The translations under genes were made by a program, and so were the position numbers. From contig JANNBC010000035.1 in the NCBI GenBank assembly GCA_031385045.1, positions 1-29,818 of the forward strand: 29,818 bases of DNA, written 5' to 3'. This document shows, one piece after another, positions 1 to 8,694 of the stretch; within the stretch, counting starts at the first letter, position 1, and every line of letters starts with the position of its first letter. Source of the DNA: a bacterium. Lineage in GTDB: Bacteria > Bdellovibrionota_C > UBA2361 > CALJRW01. The notes under the pieces were generated by a model that was not told where the DNA came from, searched no databases, and was given only the letters and a program-made list of their open reading frames with translations.

Positions 1-141
1 GCGTCCACATGGAACTCTAGGTGGAATTACTCCGCAGATGTTTGTGGAAAATTGTTTACAGAAAAAACTTTGCGCTTGAATACGGAGAAATACTATGCGA
101 ATCTATCATTAATACTGGCTCTAAAACGCGCGGCTACGCCG
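1..141 (+). mobile_element. Right end of an IS3-family element (transposase C-terminus plus right terminal region), cut by window edge
   Basis: Frame from nt 2 reads RPHGTLGGITPQMFVENCLQKKLCA* (stop 77-79), matching the RPHxxLgxxTP C-terminal signature of IS3-type integrase cores. It is followed by CTGGCTCTAAAACGCGCGGCTACGCC, which resembles an IS407-group right end. The boundary coincides with the point where IstA similarity stops on the other strand. Confidence 0.7.
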
Positions 142-444
142 GGTTACTCCTCGCTTTTTTAGATCCCTAGATATCTCTTGAGAATCAAGTGCCGAATGTA
201 ATCGCTTTCTTCCAGCTCGATTACCACAAAAGATTTCTTCATACCGCTCCTGACTGAGTGCACTGACCGCCTGACTGTTCAAATTATGAGCCTTCGCTTT
301 GCTGATGTAATCTCTTACTGTTTTCCTGTGCACCCTAGCCGATTCGGATATTTGGCTCTTATTACAACCAGACTCCGATAATCTGATTATTTCAAATACT
401 TTCGATTGCATAATAAATAGTCCTCCAATTCTTTGCTTCCTCAT
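121..444 (-). pseudogene. istA: IS21-family transposase IstA N-terminal fragment (HTH), truncated
   Basis: EIIRL..GCNKSQIS....VHRKTVRDY and LKKRGVT match the IstA N-terminus. The sequence after GVT (nt ~141) runs into the IS3-like end and stops; no DDE domain. Confidence 0.75.
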
Positions 445-875
445 CTAATATTATTTTTATTAGTATATCTTTCCAAATCTAGAAAAGATTCTGAAAACTG
501 TAATGTAAAATGATGATCAACAAAGATTTTTTTATCTAAGTAATCTGACTCTAGAATGTCTATGAATTCCTTAAAAGTAAAATCTTTTTTTATATAGTAG
601 TCCATATAGAAATAATACTTATCTAAATATGAGGAGATAATTCTATCAACAGGATTTCTGACTACTAAGATATTCTTATAATTTAGTAATTTGGGATGAA
701 AATTATCATATTCAAAATGAGTATCAAGAATATTTTTTTTGTAAATTACATTATAAATGATGTGCTTGATTGTGGAGCACCCACACTTTGCGGAATACCA
801 GACGCATATTTTATACTCATGTAAATAAATTTGGTATCATTGATAATACAATATTTTATGGGTTTTTAATGGCAT
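441..875 (-). pseudogene. Sulfotransferase family 2-like gene, broken (not in ORF track)
   Basis: ATG at 875, in-frame TGA at codon 13 (837-839), then an open frame with SAKCGCSTIK (5'-PSB-like), VVRNPVDRIISSYLDK (3'-PB motif) and DHHFTLQ. It ends at TGA 441-443, where the IstA fragment starts. Confidence 0.75.
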
Positions 876-962
876 CCTTGTGTCTAGCTGCAAAAAGTAA
901 CTTGGCTTAGATCTGCATGATAACGCGAACTAGTTTGAAAATCTATGGAATGTTGGAATAAG

Positions 963-2285
963 TTAATCTTTTTTAATAACATAAAATTGTTGTGAGGGGC
1001 TAACGAGCGCATAAATTAAACAGAAGGTTTCTATTAAGACACAAATTGGAGACAAGACAACAGCTTTTAAATAAAAATTTACCTTTTGGATCTTATTCCA
1101 TTTTAGTAATTGGATATTGCGATGTGCGCCAATTAGATATTGAAAGGCTGAAAAAGTAATTAAAATAGAAGTTAGCAATAAGATCTGATTACCTTCTGGT
1201 ATGTTTAATATTAATATTAGTAAAATACTAAGCAGGATTAGTGCAATCCTCCAAAGACCCAATGATATTAAAATTGTTAACCGGTAAATAAGTTTAATTC
1301 TAGAGTCAAATAAAATAAAGGTTATTCCATTGATCCATCTACGCCTTTGTTTAATTAAATCGTAAATATTTAGAGGAGATTGTTCCCGAATATATCCATT
1401 GATCCAACCAAAACTATATCCTACCTGTAAAGCCTTGAGGCCAAAAAAAAGGTCTTCAGTTATTGATGCTTTAGGGCCAAAATCAAAGCCAATTTTATCT
1501 TCAATCATTGCCGGGACTAAAAGGTATGAACCATGTATTCCAAGCAGAGGAGCTTTTAAAAGCTTATATTGCATGCGAAAGTAACCTAGATCATGACAAG
1601 TGCGCATTGTATCCATGATGGTTGGTAGTACATGCCTAGCATAGTTTTTAGCATTATATTGAATCTCACCTTGCCCGATCGAGTTTATTGTTGCTGCAGT
1701 ATTAATAAATTCATGAATACCAGAAATGGCCGAGGTTGACACTATCGACTCTTCGTCCAAATGCAAGATCCATTTATTATCTAGAGAGGAGTAATCTTCC
1801 TGCCGGACCATCCGAGCATATTCACAGGCACGAGCTTTAAATCTAGAGTGCTCTTTTGTTACGAAGTTTTCTGGAACAGTTATAAATCTAATCTTCTCTA
1901 GTGAGGGTAGATTAGGAAGTGATACAGGCTGATCGGTAATTACTTCAATTCTATAATTGACCTTAAGATTATTTAAGATTTGAATTGATTGATGGATAGC
2001 ATTTTCTAATGTCTTAATATTTTTACCAACAGAAACATAACTTAAGATTAATAATTTAGAATGATTCCAATGTTCTAATTCCAATTTGTCATCAGAAAGT
2101 GTGTTTGAATTATCAGGATTACCCCAAAACAAAAGGGCAAAATAGCTAATAAAATAGTAAATTAGAAAAGGAAAAAATAAAACGGTAAGGATTAATTGTT
2201 CATTATTATCAATTGATATGAGTCTACTAATTAATAATCCATTAATTAGAATTGGCAAAATGGCAAAGATATAAAAAGGTGACAT
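963..2285 (-). CDS. Membrane glycosyltransferase family 2, egghead/BRE-3 (beta-1,4-mannosyltransferase)-like
   Basis: SRFKARA, LHLDEES, GEIQY, GIHGSYLL, SITED and the QRRRW (QxxRW) motif, with N- and C-terminal TM helices. Confidence 0.8.
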   Translation of the reverse strand: MSPFYIFAILPILINGLLISRLISIDNNEQLILTVLFFPFLIYYFISYFALLFWGNPDNSNTLSDDKLELEHWNHSKLLILSYVSVGKNIKTLENAIHQSIQILNNLKVNYRIEVITDQPVSLPNLPSLEKIRFITVPENFVTKEHSRFKARACEYARMVRQEDYSSLDNKWILHLDEESIVSTSAISGIHEFINTAATINSIGQGEIQYNAKNYARHVLPTIMDTMRTCHDLGYFRMQYKLLKAPLLGIHGSYLLVPAMIEDKIGFDFGPKASITEDLFFGLKALQVGYSFGWINGYIREQSPLNIYDLIKQRRRWINGITFILFDSRIKLIYRLTILISLGLWRIALILLSILLILILNIPEGNQILLLTSILITFSAFQYLIGAHRNIQLLKWNKIQKVNFYLKAVVLSPICVLIETFCLIYALVSPSQQFYVIKKD

Positions 2286-2647
2286 TTAGGCCATATATTC
2301 TATAAAAATCAACACTAGTTATTCAATATTGAAGCCACTAAGTCAATTCAAATAAAATTGTCTAGGTTAGTAAAATCATTACGCTAACTATTAATTTAAT
2401 ATTCTTCTTGTCCATCATGGAGTTCACAGGTTCTTTCGTTTAGAGTAGACTTAAATAATACTACTGAGCCTTCTTAGTAATTATCTAATTTTATCTTGGC
2501 ATATTGATTAATGCTAATTTCCTATCTTTCTAATTTATTTTAGACATTATACTCTCAATTGCTAAGGTTTAGATAACAATTGAACGTTTAATCATTTACG
2601 CAAGATTATTTATTGGCTCTCAAAGTAATCGAAATCAATATGATGTC

Positions 2648-3409
2648 ATGACAAAAAACATAACGTTTTTGTATCAATATATAGTCGACCTTAATCGGGT
2701 TGCCATAGTTCAGGCAAAAAGGAATTTCCTTGTTAAAAATGAAGGTAGCTTGCTCGGAATCTTTTGGTACCTACTAAACCCACTCGTGATTTTTTTTGTA
2801 CTATTGCATGTTAAACAGTTTGTTATTGTTGATGTTCCCATCTATCCAATGTACCTGTTTATTGGATTAGTAATTTTTAATTTTATAAAAAAATGTACCG
2901 GACTGATTGCCAATTCGCTAGTTGGTAATGCTAGTTTTATTAAAAACACCGATTTAAATAATCTTGTATTACCCTTGAGTCGGCTTTTCGAAGTTATTTT
3001 TTCGCATATATTTGAGCTCTCAATTATCTTTTGCATGATGGTTTACTATCATGTCAATGTCTTAAATATTTTTTTATATTTAATTTTTTTCATATTCATT
3101 TGCATTTTTGCTTTTTCGATTGGATTAATTTTAGCTATTATTCGGATGTTTGTAGTTGATTTAATGGATATCTGGGGAATTGTAATGCATATATATTGGT
3201 TTCTAACCCCAATTTTTTATGCTTCCAAAGGAACGCTTAGCAATTTTATTAATCCTTTTTACTACTTTGTTGAGGCGAGTAGGATTATTCTTTTTGGTAA
3301 AGGCAATCCTCAGATCGTTCTATTTGCCTGTTTAATCTCATTAATCAGTGCGATTATTTCAGGAATTATTTATTGTAAGGTCAAGCGCTATATTGCTGAA
3401 TTTGTTTGA
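2648..3409 (+). CDS. wzm: ABC-2 polysaccharide export permease (Wzm/RfbA-like)
   Basis: GSLLGIFWYLLNPL, YPMYLFIGL, FLTPIFY and NPFYYFVE motifs; about 6 TM helices. Confidence 0.85.
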   Translation: MTKNITFLYQYIVDLNRVAIVQAKRNFLVKNEGSLLGIFWYLLNPLVIFFVLLHVKQFVIVDVPIYPMYLFIGLVIFNFIKKCTGLIANSLVGNASFIKNTDLNNLVLPLSRLFEVIFSHIFELSIIFCMMVYYHVNVLNIFLYLIFFIFICIFAFSIGLILAIIRMFVVDLMDIWGIVMHIYWFLTPIFYASKGTLSNFINPFYYFVEASRIILFGKGNPQIVLFACLISLISAIISGIIYCKVKRYIAEFV

Positions 3410-4146
3410 TACTAAAGATGAATGCTATTGAAATCGAAAATTTAAATAAATCATTTCTTAGGAATTTACCTCAGGGGATGCGCTGCTTCAATTTAATTTA
3501 TTGCCTATTGAGGAATTCCCAAAAAATTAATACTTCAAAAGTACCTGTATTGGTTGATCTGAATCTTTCGATTGAGGCTGGGAAAATAATTGGAATCAAA
3601 GGTCCTAATGGTAGTGGTAAGAGTACATTGTTACGTATAATTTCTGGTATCTACTCTTCGGATAGTGGAAAAGTAAAGATTAACGGTACCATCCTATATA
3701 TTAGTGGCTATTCAATCCTAATTAATAAAGGCATGACAGTGCTTGATAATTTTCTTTATGTACCCTTAATGTATGGAATTTCTGATCGATCAATTCGAGA
3801 ATCATCATTGCCAATTTTAGAAGAAGTTGGCCTTAGTGAATATTTAGATCGTAAGACTTTTACTTTATCTGATGGACAACGGGCGCGCTTAGGTTTTGCT
3901 ATTAGCTTTTTCATAATCAAAAGTAAGAATCCAGAGATTCTGATCCTAGATGAAGTTTTTGCTGGTGGAGGAGATGATGATTTTAAGAAGTATTCAATTG
4001 CTAAAATTCGTCAAATAATTAAAGGCAAGACAGTTTTAATTGTTAGCCACGATCGAAATTTATTAGAGCGCGAATGCTCTATATTTTATAAAATGAATAA
4101 TGGAACTTTAGAGCCTATCCATTTCTCAAATAATAAATTGAAATAG
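3406..4146 (+). CDS. wzt: ABC polysaccharide export ATP-binding protein (Wzt-like, no C-terminal CBM)
   Basis: Walker A GPNGSGKST, LSDGQRARLGFA signature, ILILDEVFAGGD Walker B, VSHD; coupled to wzm. Confidence 0.85.
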   Translation: MILKMNAIEIENLNKSFLRNLPQGMRCFNLIYCLLRNSQKINTSKVPVLVDLNLSIEAGKIIGIKGPNGSGKSTLLRIISGIYSSDSGKVKINGTILYISGYSILINKGMTVLDNFLYVPLMYGISDRSIRESSLPILEEVGLSEYLDRKTFTLSDGQRARLGFAISFFIIKSKNPEILILDEVFAGGGDDDFKKYSIAKIRQIIKGKTVLIVSHDRNLLERECSIFYKMNNGTLEPIHFSNNKLK

Positions 4147-4330
4147 TTGTTTTTTTCTATTAGAAAATAAATGTAATTTTAGTTCTAAAGGATCACTTTC
4201 GATATAGCCTCTAGTCTTAAATTTATCTCCTTGGCAAAAAAGAAGGAGTTGAGCTTTATTCTGTACTGGCAACTAAAACAGGGCTAATTTAGAAACTAGA
4301 ATTTATTCATTAAAGTGAAGAGAGATCTTT

Positions 4331-4539
4331 ATGTCTGACAATCAAGGTAAAAGGGGAGTGGATAGTTTTATCATTTGTACCTCAGCTAGAACAGGAAGTA
4401 CATTACTTTGTAACCTTCTTGAAAGTACTGGTGTTGTTAAGCTCTATCAAACACAGGATGAATTTTATGAGCCTTTTCAAATCGTTACACCAATTGAACC
4501 AGTCTTAAATATACTCAGAGAACCAAGAACCTTCCCATT
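4331..4539 (+). pseudogene. Stf0-like sulfotransferase N-terminal fragment, cut by IS110 at 4540
   Basis: FIICTSARTGSTLLCNLLESTG is the Stf0-type PAPS-binding loop. The ORF (to 4597) reads into the IS110 right end after codons FP. Confidence 0.7.
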
Positions 4540-4554
4540 AGAGACTCTGTTAAT

Positions 4555-4560
4555 AGTCAA
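4555..4560 (-). promoter_or_regulatory. -35 half (TTGACT) of the IS110 circle-junction promoter; -10 half TATGTT at 5768-5773
   Basis: Joining the right and left ends at one CT core gives TTGACT-17 nt-TATGTT directly upstream of the predicted bridge RNA, as known for IS621. Confidence 0.75.
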
Positions 4561-4579
4561 TAAAAAACAATTAAATGTT

Positions 4580-5551
4580 TTAAATATGTTGAGTTAAATA
4601 TCGGTCACTAGACCATTGTTTTCCGTCCCGCACCATCGCATTTAAAGTAATTAGTAGCTTTCTCATACAGGCTACGATAGCAACTTTTCCATTTTTCCCA
4701 GCTTGAACTAATCGAAGGAAAAAGTTTTTAAAGCAAGGATTCATCCGAATAGCTGTCATGGTTGCCATATATAATACTGCTCTGACATGAGTTCTTCCGC
4801 CATAGACAGAACGTTTTCCTGAGTATCGACCGCTTTCTTTGTTAAAAGGAGCTACTCCTACAAGTGCTGCTATTTGCTTTCGATTAATTTTCCCGATTTC
4901 TGGCAGTAATGCAATCAAAGTTGCAGAGGTAGTCTGACCTACACCTTGTATATTTTGTAATAACTGATTTTTATTAGAGAAATCATTATTATCACTAATC
5001 TTAGTTTTAATTTTTTGATTTAAGGTTTTAATTTGTTTATTAATAAAATGAACTACTTCCTCGACTGACATTCTGACTTCTTCTGTTATTACAGGAGCCT
5101 TTAATCTGTTTTTCTCTGCGGTTAAAGTTTCTACCAACTGCTCCCGCCTTAAAATCAGGCTTTTAAGCTCCTTAGTAGCCTCATCCAGAGGTTTCGTTCT
5201 GACAGGGTTCATCCGCTCTCCAAATAGACAGAGAATCTCAGCGTCCAGTAAATCACTCTTCGCATTTCTACCAAGTGACCTAGCAAAGCTCTTCGTCCGG
5301 CTAGGATTTACTACAGAGACAGCTACGCCTTCTACCTGCAGTGCTTCAACAAGCTTCTGCTCGTATCCACCAGTAGCCTCAACAACCACCAAGTAAACAG
5401 CTGATGTTTTAAACAGTTCTACTATTAATTTAATTCCAGAAGAAATATTCTTCTTTCTCATTCTCCTGCAATCTGAAAGATGCACATCTAGGTAATCTTT
5501 GGAAACATCAATCCCAGCATATATTTTATTTGTCATTGACCTTATCTCCAT
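4580..5551 (-). CDS. IS110-family DEDD recombinase/transposase
   Basis: GIDVSKD, VEATGGYE, KSDLLDA (RuvC-like DEDD), IQGVG, and GVAPFNKESG (catalytic Ser loop). Confidence 0.95.
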   Translation of the reverse strand: MEIRSMTNKIYAGIDVSKDYLDVHLSDCRRMRKKNISSGIKLIVELFKTSAVYLVVVEATGGYEQKLVEALQVEGVAVSVVNPSRTKSFARSLGRNAKSDLLDAEILCLFGERMNPVRTKPLDEATKELKSLILRREQLVETLTAEKNRLKAPVITEEVRMSVEEVVHFINKQIKTLNQKIKTKISDNNDFSNKNQLLQNIQGVGQTTSATLIALLPEIGKINRKQIAALVGVAPFNKESGRYSGKRSVYGGRTHVRAVLYMATMTAIRMNPCFKNFFLRLVQAGKNGKVAIVACMRKLLITLNAMVRDGKQWSSDRYLTQHI

Positions 5552-5574
5552 GGTATTAATAATTTAAGTCCAAT

Positions 5575-5762
5575 AAAAAAGAAGCTCATTCTTGCCTAAA
5601 TTCGAACTCGCGAGTTACAAATTCAACGGTTCTAGAGACTCTTCGAGCTTTAATTTTAAAACTGGAGTAGTGACCTATCTAATGGTCGTGTCGTTTACAC
5701 AGGTTTTTCTCGGTCTACTACTCCAGGGACTTGTTTATCTAAATTTATAGATAAATAGAACT
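5575..5762 (-). ncRNA. Predicted IS110 bridge RNA (5' hairpin, target-binding loop, donor-binding loop)
   Basis: 5' hairpin 5734-5755. Stem 5717-5726/5662-5671 encloses GAAAAACCT (5701-5709) and CCATTAG (5679-5685), which match the flanks. Stem 5645-5650/5582-5587 encloses AGAGTCTCT (5634-5642) and GCAAG (5591-5595), which match the element ends. RNA ends are approximate. Confidence 0.85.
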
Positions 5763-5777
5763 TTTTCAACATACAAG

Positions 5778-5976
5778 GTTTTTCCTAACAGCTTGGAAAA
5801 AATCTAATAGATTTTTCAGTGTTTCGGGTTTTAGTATATTTGTCTTCCCCATTATTTAGCCTTATAAAATAAGGCTAAATACCTTGGCGACCCCCAAGGG
5901 TCGCTTTAAGCGCTTCGCGCTTGATATACTAGGCGACTAATTTTAGAACAGTAATTTCTAATGTCGCCTAGTATAT
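5778..5976. repeat. Multi-hairpin dispersed repeat, copy 1 (5' arm missing at IS110 junction)
   Basis: Near-identical to 16340-16534; tandem palindromes such as TATTTAGCCTTAT-AAA-ATAAGGCTAAATA and GCGACCC-CCAA-GGGTCGC. Confidence 0.9.
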
Positions 5977-6090
5977 TCAAGTCTTATCACCAATTGATGT
6001 ACAACAAGACAAACACTGCGGAATTTATCTAGAGATAATTCTAGAATGACATGATGTCGCCAGTCTTTATGTTTTATGTAGGTAAAGTAT

Positions 6091-6576
6091 ATGAAAATTT
6101 ATCAAATCAAAGAGCAATTTCTCCTAGATAATGATCTAGATCAAGTTTGGGCTTTTTTTTCTAATCCAAAAAATTTAAAGATTATCACGCCAGAATTTCT
6201 AAATTTTAAATTTATCTCTGGGGCTGAGGATGGTCAAATTTATCCAGGAAAAATTATTGAATATCGAGTTCATCCGCTCTTCGGCATTCCCCTGCAATGG
6301 GTTACTGAGGTTACACAAGTAAAAGATCGGGAATATTTTATTGATGAACAGCGTTTTGGGCCTTATAAATTATGGCACCATCAACATTCCTTTAGCCAAA
6401 CAGAGGATGGCGTTTTAGTGGAAGATTTAGTGCACTACGGCTTATCTTTTGGAATCTTAGGACAGATTGCTCGAGAAGTAATTGTGAAGCGACAATTAGC
6501 TTCAATTTTTAAGTATCGCCATCAAAAAATGAATGAAGTTTTTAAAGTACTTAAGTATCAGAGTCTTTCTGACTAA
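6091..6576 (+). CDS. SRPBCC (START-like) ligand-binding protein
   Basis: VWAFFSNPKNL.ITP, WVTEVT, FIDEQRFGPYKLWHHQHSF motifs. Confidence 0.88.
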   Translation: MKIYQIKEQFLLDNDLDQVWAFFSNPKNLKIITPEFLNFKFISGAEDGQIYPGKIIEYRVHPLFGIPLQWVTEVTQVKDREYFIDEQRFGPYKLWHHQHSFSQTEDGVLVEDLVHYGLSFGILGQIAREVIVKRQLASIFKYRHQKMNEVFKVLKYQSLSD

Positions 6577-7046
6577 TCACCCTGGATTTTTGAAAGCTGA
6601 ATACTGAAGGCAATCGTTTCAAATGCTGGTAGGCCATGGTTTTGAATAACCTGACATCGTGAAGTTGGAGGTAGCTCAATTTTTTGTCCAGTTAGTTCTG
6701 ATCTTTCAATTGCACACTCCAACCAGTTTAAATCCGCATTAAAAGTCTTAATAGAAGAGCTGAGCCTTAGAAGTGCTTGATGTCTTGTCGGATGTTGATG
6801 ATATTTTTCAGTTCGTCGATAGACTTGATAGTCTATTAATCGATAGCCTTGGTTCTCAAGAGATTGTAGTTCTTCTTTGCTGTCGGTGATTTCTATGATT
6901 TTAAAAGAGCGATACCACTCATCTCTTAGCATTAATCCAACTTTTCCAAGCTGCTCTTGGCGATCTCCATGTTTATGAGACAGTTCAGTTTTTTTAAGCG
7001 CGTCGCTAAGCTCTGGCGCAATGATTGCTGAATGAAGAGGGTGCAT
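6573..7046 (-). CDS. Hypothetical protein
   Basis: 157-aa ORF co-oriented downstream of rsmE; no recognisable motif. Confidence 0.6.
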   Translation of the reverse strand: MHPLHSAIIAPELSDALKKTELSHKHGDRQEQLGKVGLMLRDEWYRSFKIIEITDSKEELQSLENQGYRLIDYQVYRRTEKYHQHPTRHQALLRLSSSIKTFNADLNWLECAIERSELTGQKIELPPTSRCQVIQNHGLPAFETIAFSIQLSKIQGD

Positions 7047-7114
7047 ACTTTGAGCTTAGGGCAAATGTCTTGTTCCAGGATATTATTGATTTTCTAGTTC
7101 TTACTCAAATTTTT

Positions 7115-7852
7115 TTACTCAGCAAGACATTGGGACTTTTGGATATTTAAGTAGGCAATACTAGCAATTGCTGCGGTCTCTGCTCTTAAGATGTTTTGAC
7201 CTAAGCTGATTGGCAGAAAGCCTAATTCTTGAAACAATTGGTACTCCTCGCTCGTGAAGTCGCCTTCTGGTCCTACGGCCACGTTCATTGTTGGATAATT
7301 GATTAGATTATTAGGAACTGGGACTTTAATTGCCTCTAGCGACGCGATTAACGATAATGATTCTGTATTGGCGAATTCCGTCATTAATTCTTTTAGCTCT
7401 GATTGATTCTTGGCAGTTAAGATCCGAGGGATAGAGTTTCTTTTGCTTTGGCAGGAGGCAGCTTCGGCGATTTTTTCTAGACGTTCTATTTTGTTCTCAT
7501 TAAGTTGAGCAATCGAATGTTTAGCCTGATAGATAATAAAATTATCAACTCCTAACTCAGTACATTTTTCAATAATTATTTCATTCTTGTCGCTCTTACA
7601 AAATGCAAAGATCAGATTGAGCTTCCCAGGCGTTGTAGGAGTTTTTATTTCTGATAAGAGTGATGCGGAGGACTGAGTATCTACTAAATTAGCTAGAAAA
7701 ACTTGTTTAGTTGTTTTGTTAACGACTTCAATCGGATCTGAATCTCTAAGTCTTAGGACTTTTTGTAGGTAATGTTTCTGATCTTTAGATAATAAAATGC
7801 CCTCACCGCTTTGCCAACTATTTTCAGAGTTAACAAAGATTCGGGAGGGCAC
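7115..7852 (-). CDS. rsmE: 16S rRNA m3U1498 methyltransferase
   Basis: HYLQKVLRL, IEKCTELGV, EAASCQSKR, VGPEGDF and LGQNILRAETA SPOUT motifs. Confidence 0.95.
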   Translation of the reverse strand: MPSRIFVNSENSWQSGEGILLSKDQKHYLQKVLRLRDSDPIEVVNKTTKQVFLANLVDTQSSASLLSEIKTPTTPGKLNLIFAFCKSDKNEIIIEKCTELGVDNFIIYQAKHSIAQLNENKIERLEKIAEAASCQSKRNSIPRILTAKNQSELKELMTEFANTESLSLIASLEAIKVPVPNNLINYPTMNVAVGPEGDFTSEEYQLFQELGFLPISLGQNILRAETAAIASIAYLNIQKSQCLAE

Positions 7853-7858
7853 CTTGGG

Positions 7859-8479
7859 TTAAACCCCTAAATTAAGAGATTTAAGATATTCATCAACGTA
7901 AGGTACTTTATCAATTCCGTAGAATCTTTCTTGGTTGATAACGATAGTTGGAGTATCAAATACACCCATCTTACGACCACGGTGGTAAATTGCTTTAAGT
8001 CTTTGGCGGATTTCACTTGCAGAAGATTTGCTAATGTAGTCTCCAAGCTCGATATCTAAGTCTTCGCAAAGCTCAGATGTGAATTCATCAGTGTTTGGAT
8101 CGCGACCTTCTCCCCACCAGCACTGAAATACTTTATAGTTGTATTCCATTAGTACTCCAAGATCGTTAGCAACTAATGCTCCACGGCAAACACGACCTGG
8201 ATCGAACTCTTCATTTGGCCAGTTCTCAGGAAACTCTAGTGGTAAATTCATTTTACCAGCAAATCTCTTAGTATCTTCAATAAGATAAGAGAATTTTTCT
8301 GGCAAAACAGTCATCCCTGATGGAGCTTGCTGTCCACTTGCTTTAGCAGAAAAGGGTTGCCACAAAAGGTCAATATCATACTTTTTCTCTAGGTTATAGA
8401 TCGACTCTAAGGCTAGGTAAGAGTAAGGACTCTGAAAGGAATAAAAAACTTCTACTTGTAAGCTCATGAAAATACACAA
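7859..8479 (-). CDS. DsbA-family / 2-hydroxychromene-2-carboxylate isomerase (GST kappa-like)
   Basis: FYSFQSPYSYLA N-terminus and GVFDTPTIVINQERFYGID C-terminus. Confidence 0.85.
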   Translation of the reverse strand: MCIFMSLQVEVFYSFQSPYSYLALESIYNLEKKYDIDLLWQPFSAKASGQQAPSGMTVLPEKFSYLIEDTKRFAGKMNLPLEFPENWPNEEFDPGRVCRGALVANDLGVLMEYNYKVFQCWWGEGRDPNTDEFTSELCEDLDIELGDYISKSSASEIRQRLKAIYHRGRKMGVFDTPTIVINQERFYGIDKVPYVDEYLKSLNLGV

Positions 8480-8694
8480 TGTTTAAAATGACACGGTATA
8501 TTGTATACTTTCATTTTCGGAAGATTACAATGCTTTTTGAGCTTTAATATCAATTACAATGCACTTGAAGCAAACCTTTCGGGGTTTAGCCTGAGAATCT
8601 ATGGTGGAACTGCTAGGGAGATAGTTTTTTGACGCCTAGGCCACATCGGTATCAGCAATAGACATTTATTATTCACTGTAATATTTAGAAGCAA

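Larger units (their letters stand above)
4540..5777 (-). mobile_element. Complete IS110-family (IS621-like) insertion sequence bounded by duplicated CT cores
   Basis: On the - strand the left junction is GGAAAAAC-CT-TGTATG (core 5776-5777) and the right junction is AGAGTCT-CT-AATGG (core 4540-4541). No terminal inverted repeats; long non-coding left end. Confidence 0.88.

Noticed and set aside
837..839. In-frame TGA as evidence of stop-codon recoding (code 4/25) or selenocysteine
   Set aside because: Other genes in the window are long open frames under the standard code and end at TGA at sensible positions (wzm, helicase, PLD); a nonsense mutation is simpler.
5778..5976. Palindrome cluster as a CRISPR array or rho-independent terminators
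   Set aside because: No repeat-spacer periodicity, hairpins differ from each other and lack U-tracts, and the whole block is duplicated as a unit.
8524..8562. Direct repeat ATTACAATGC (two copies, 29 bp apart) in a divergent promoter region
   Set aside because: Could be an operator or tandem -10 boxes, but two 10-mers in AT-rich DNA are too weak to call.
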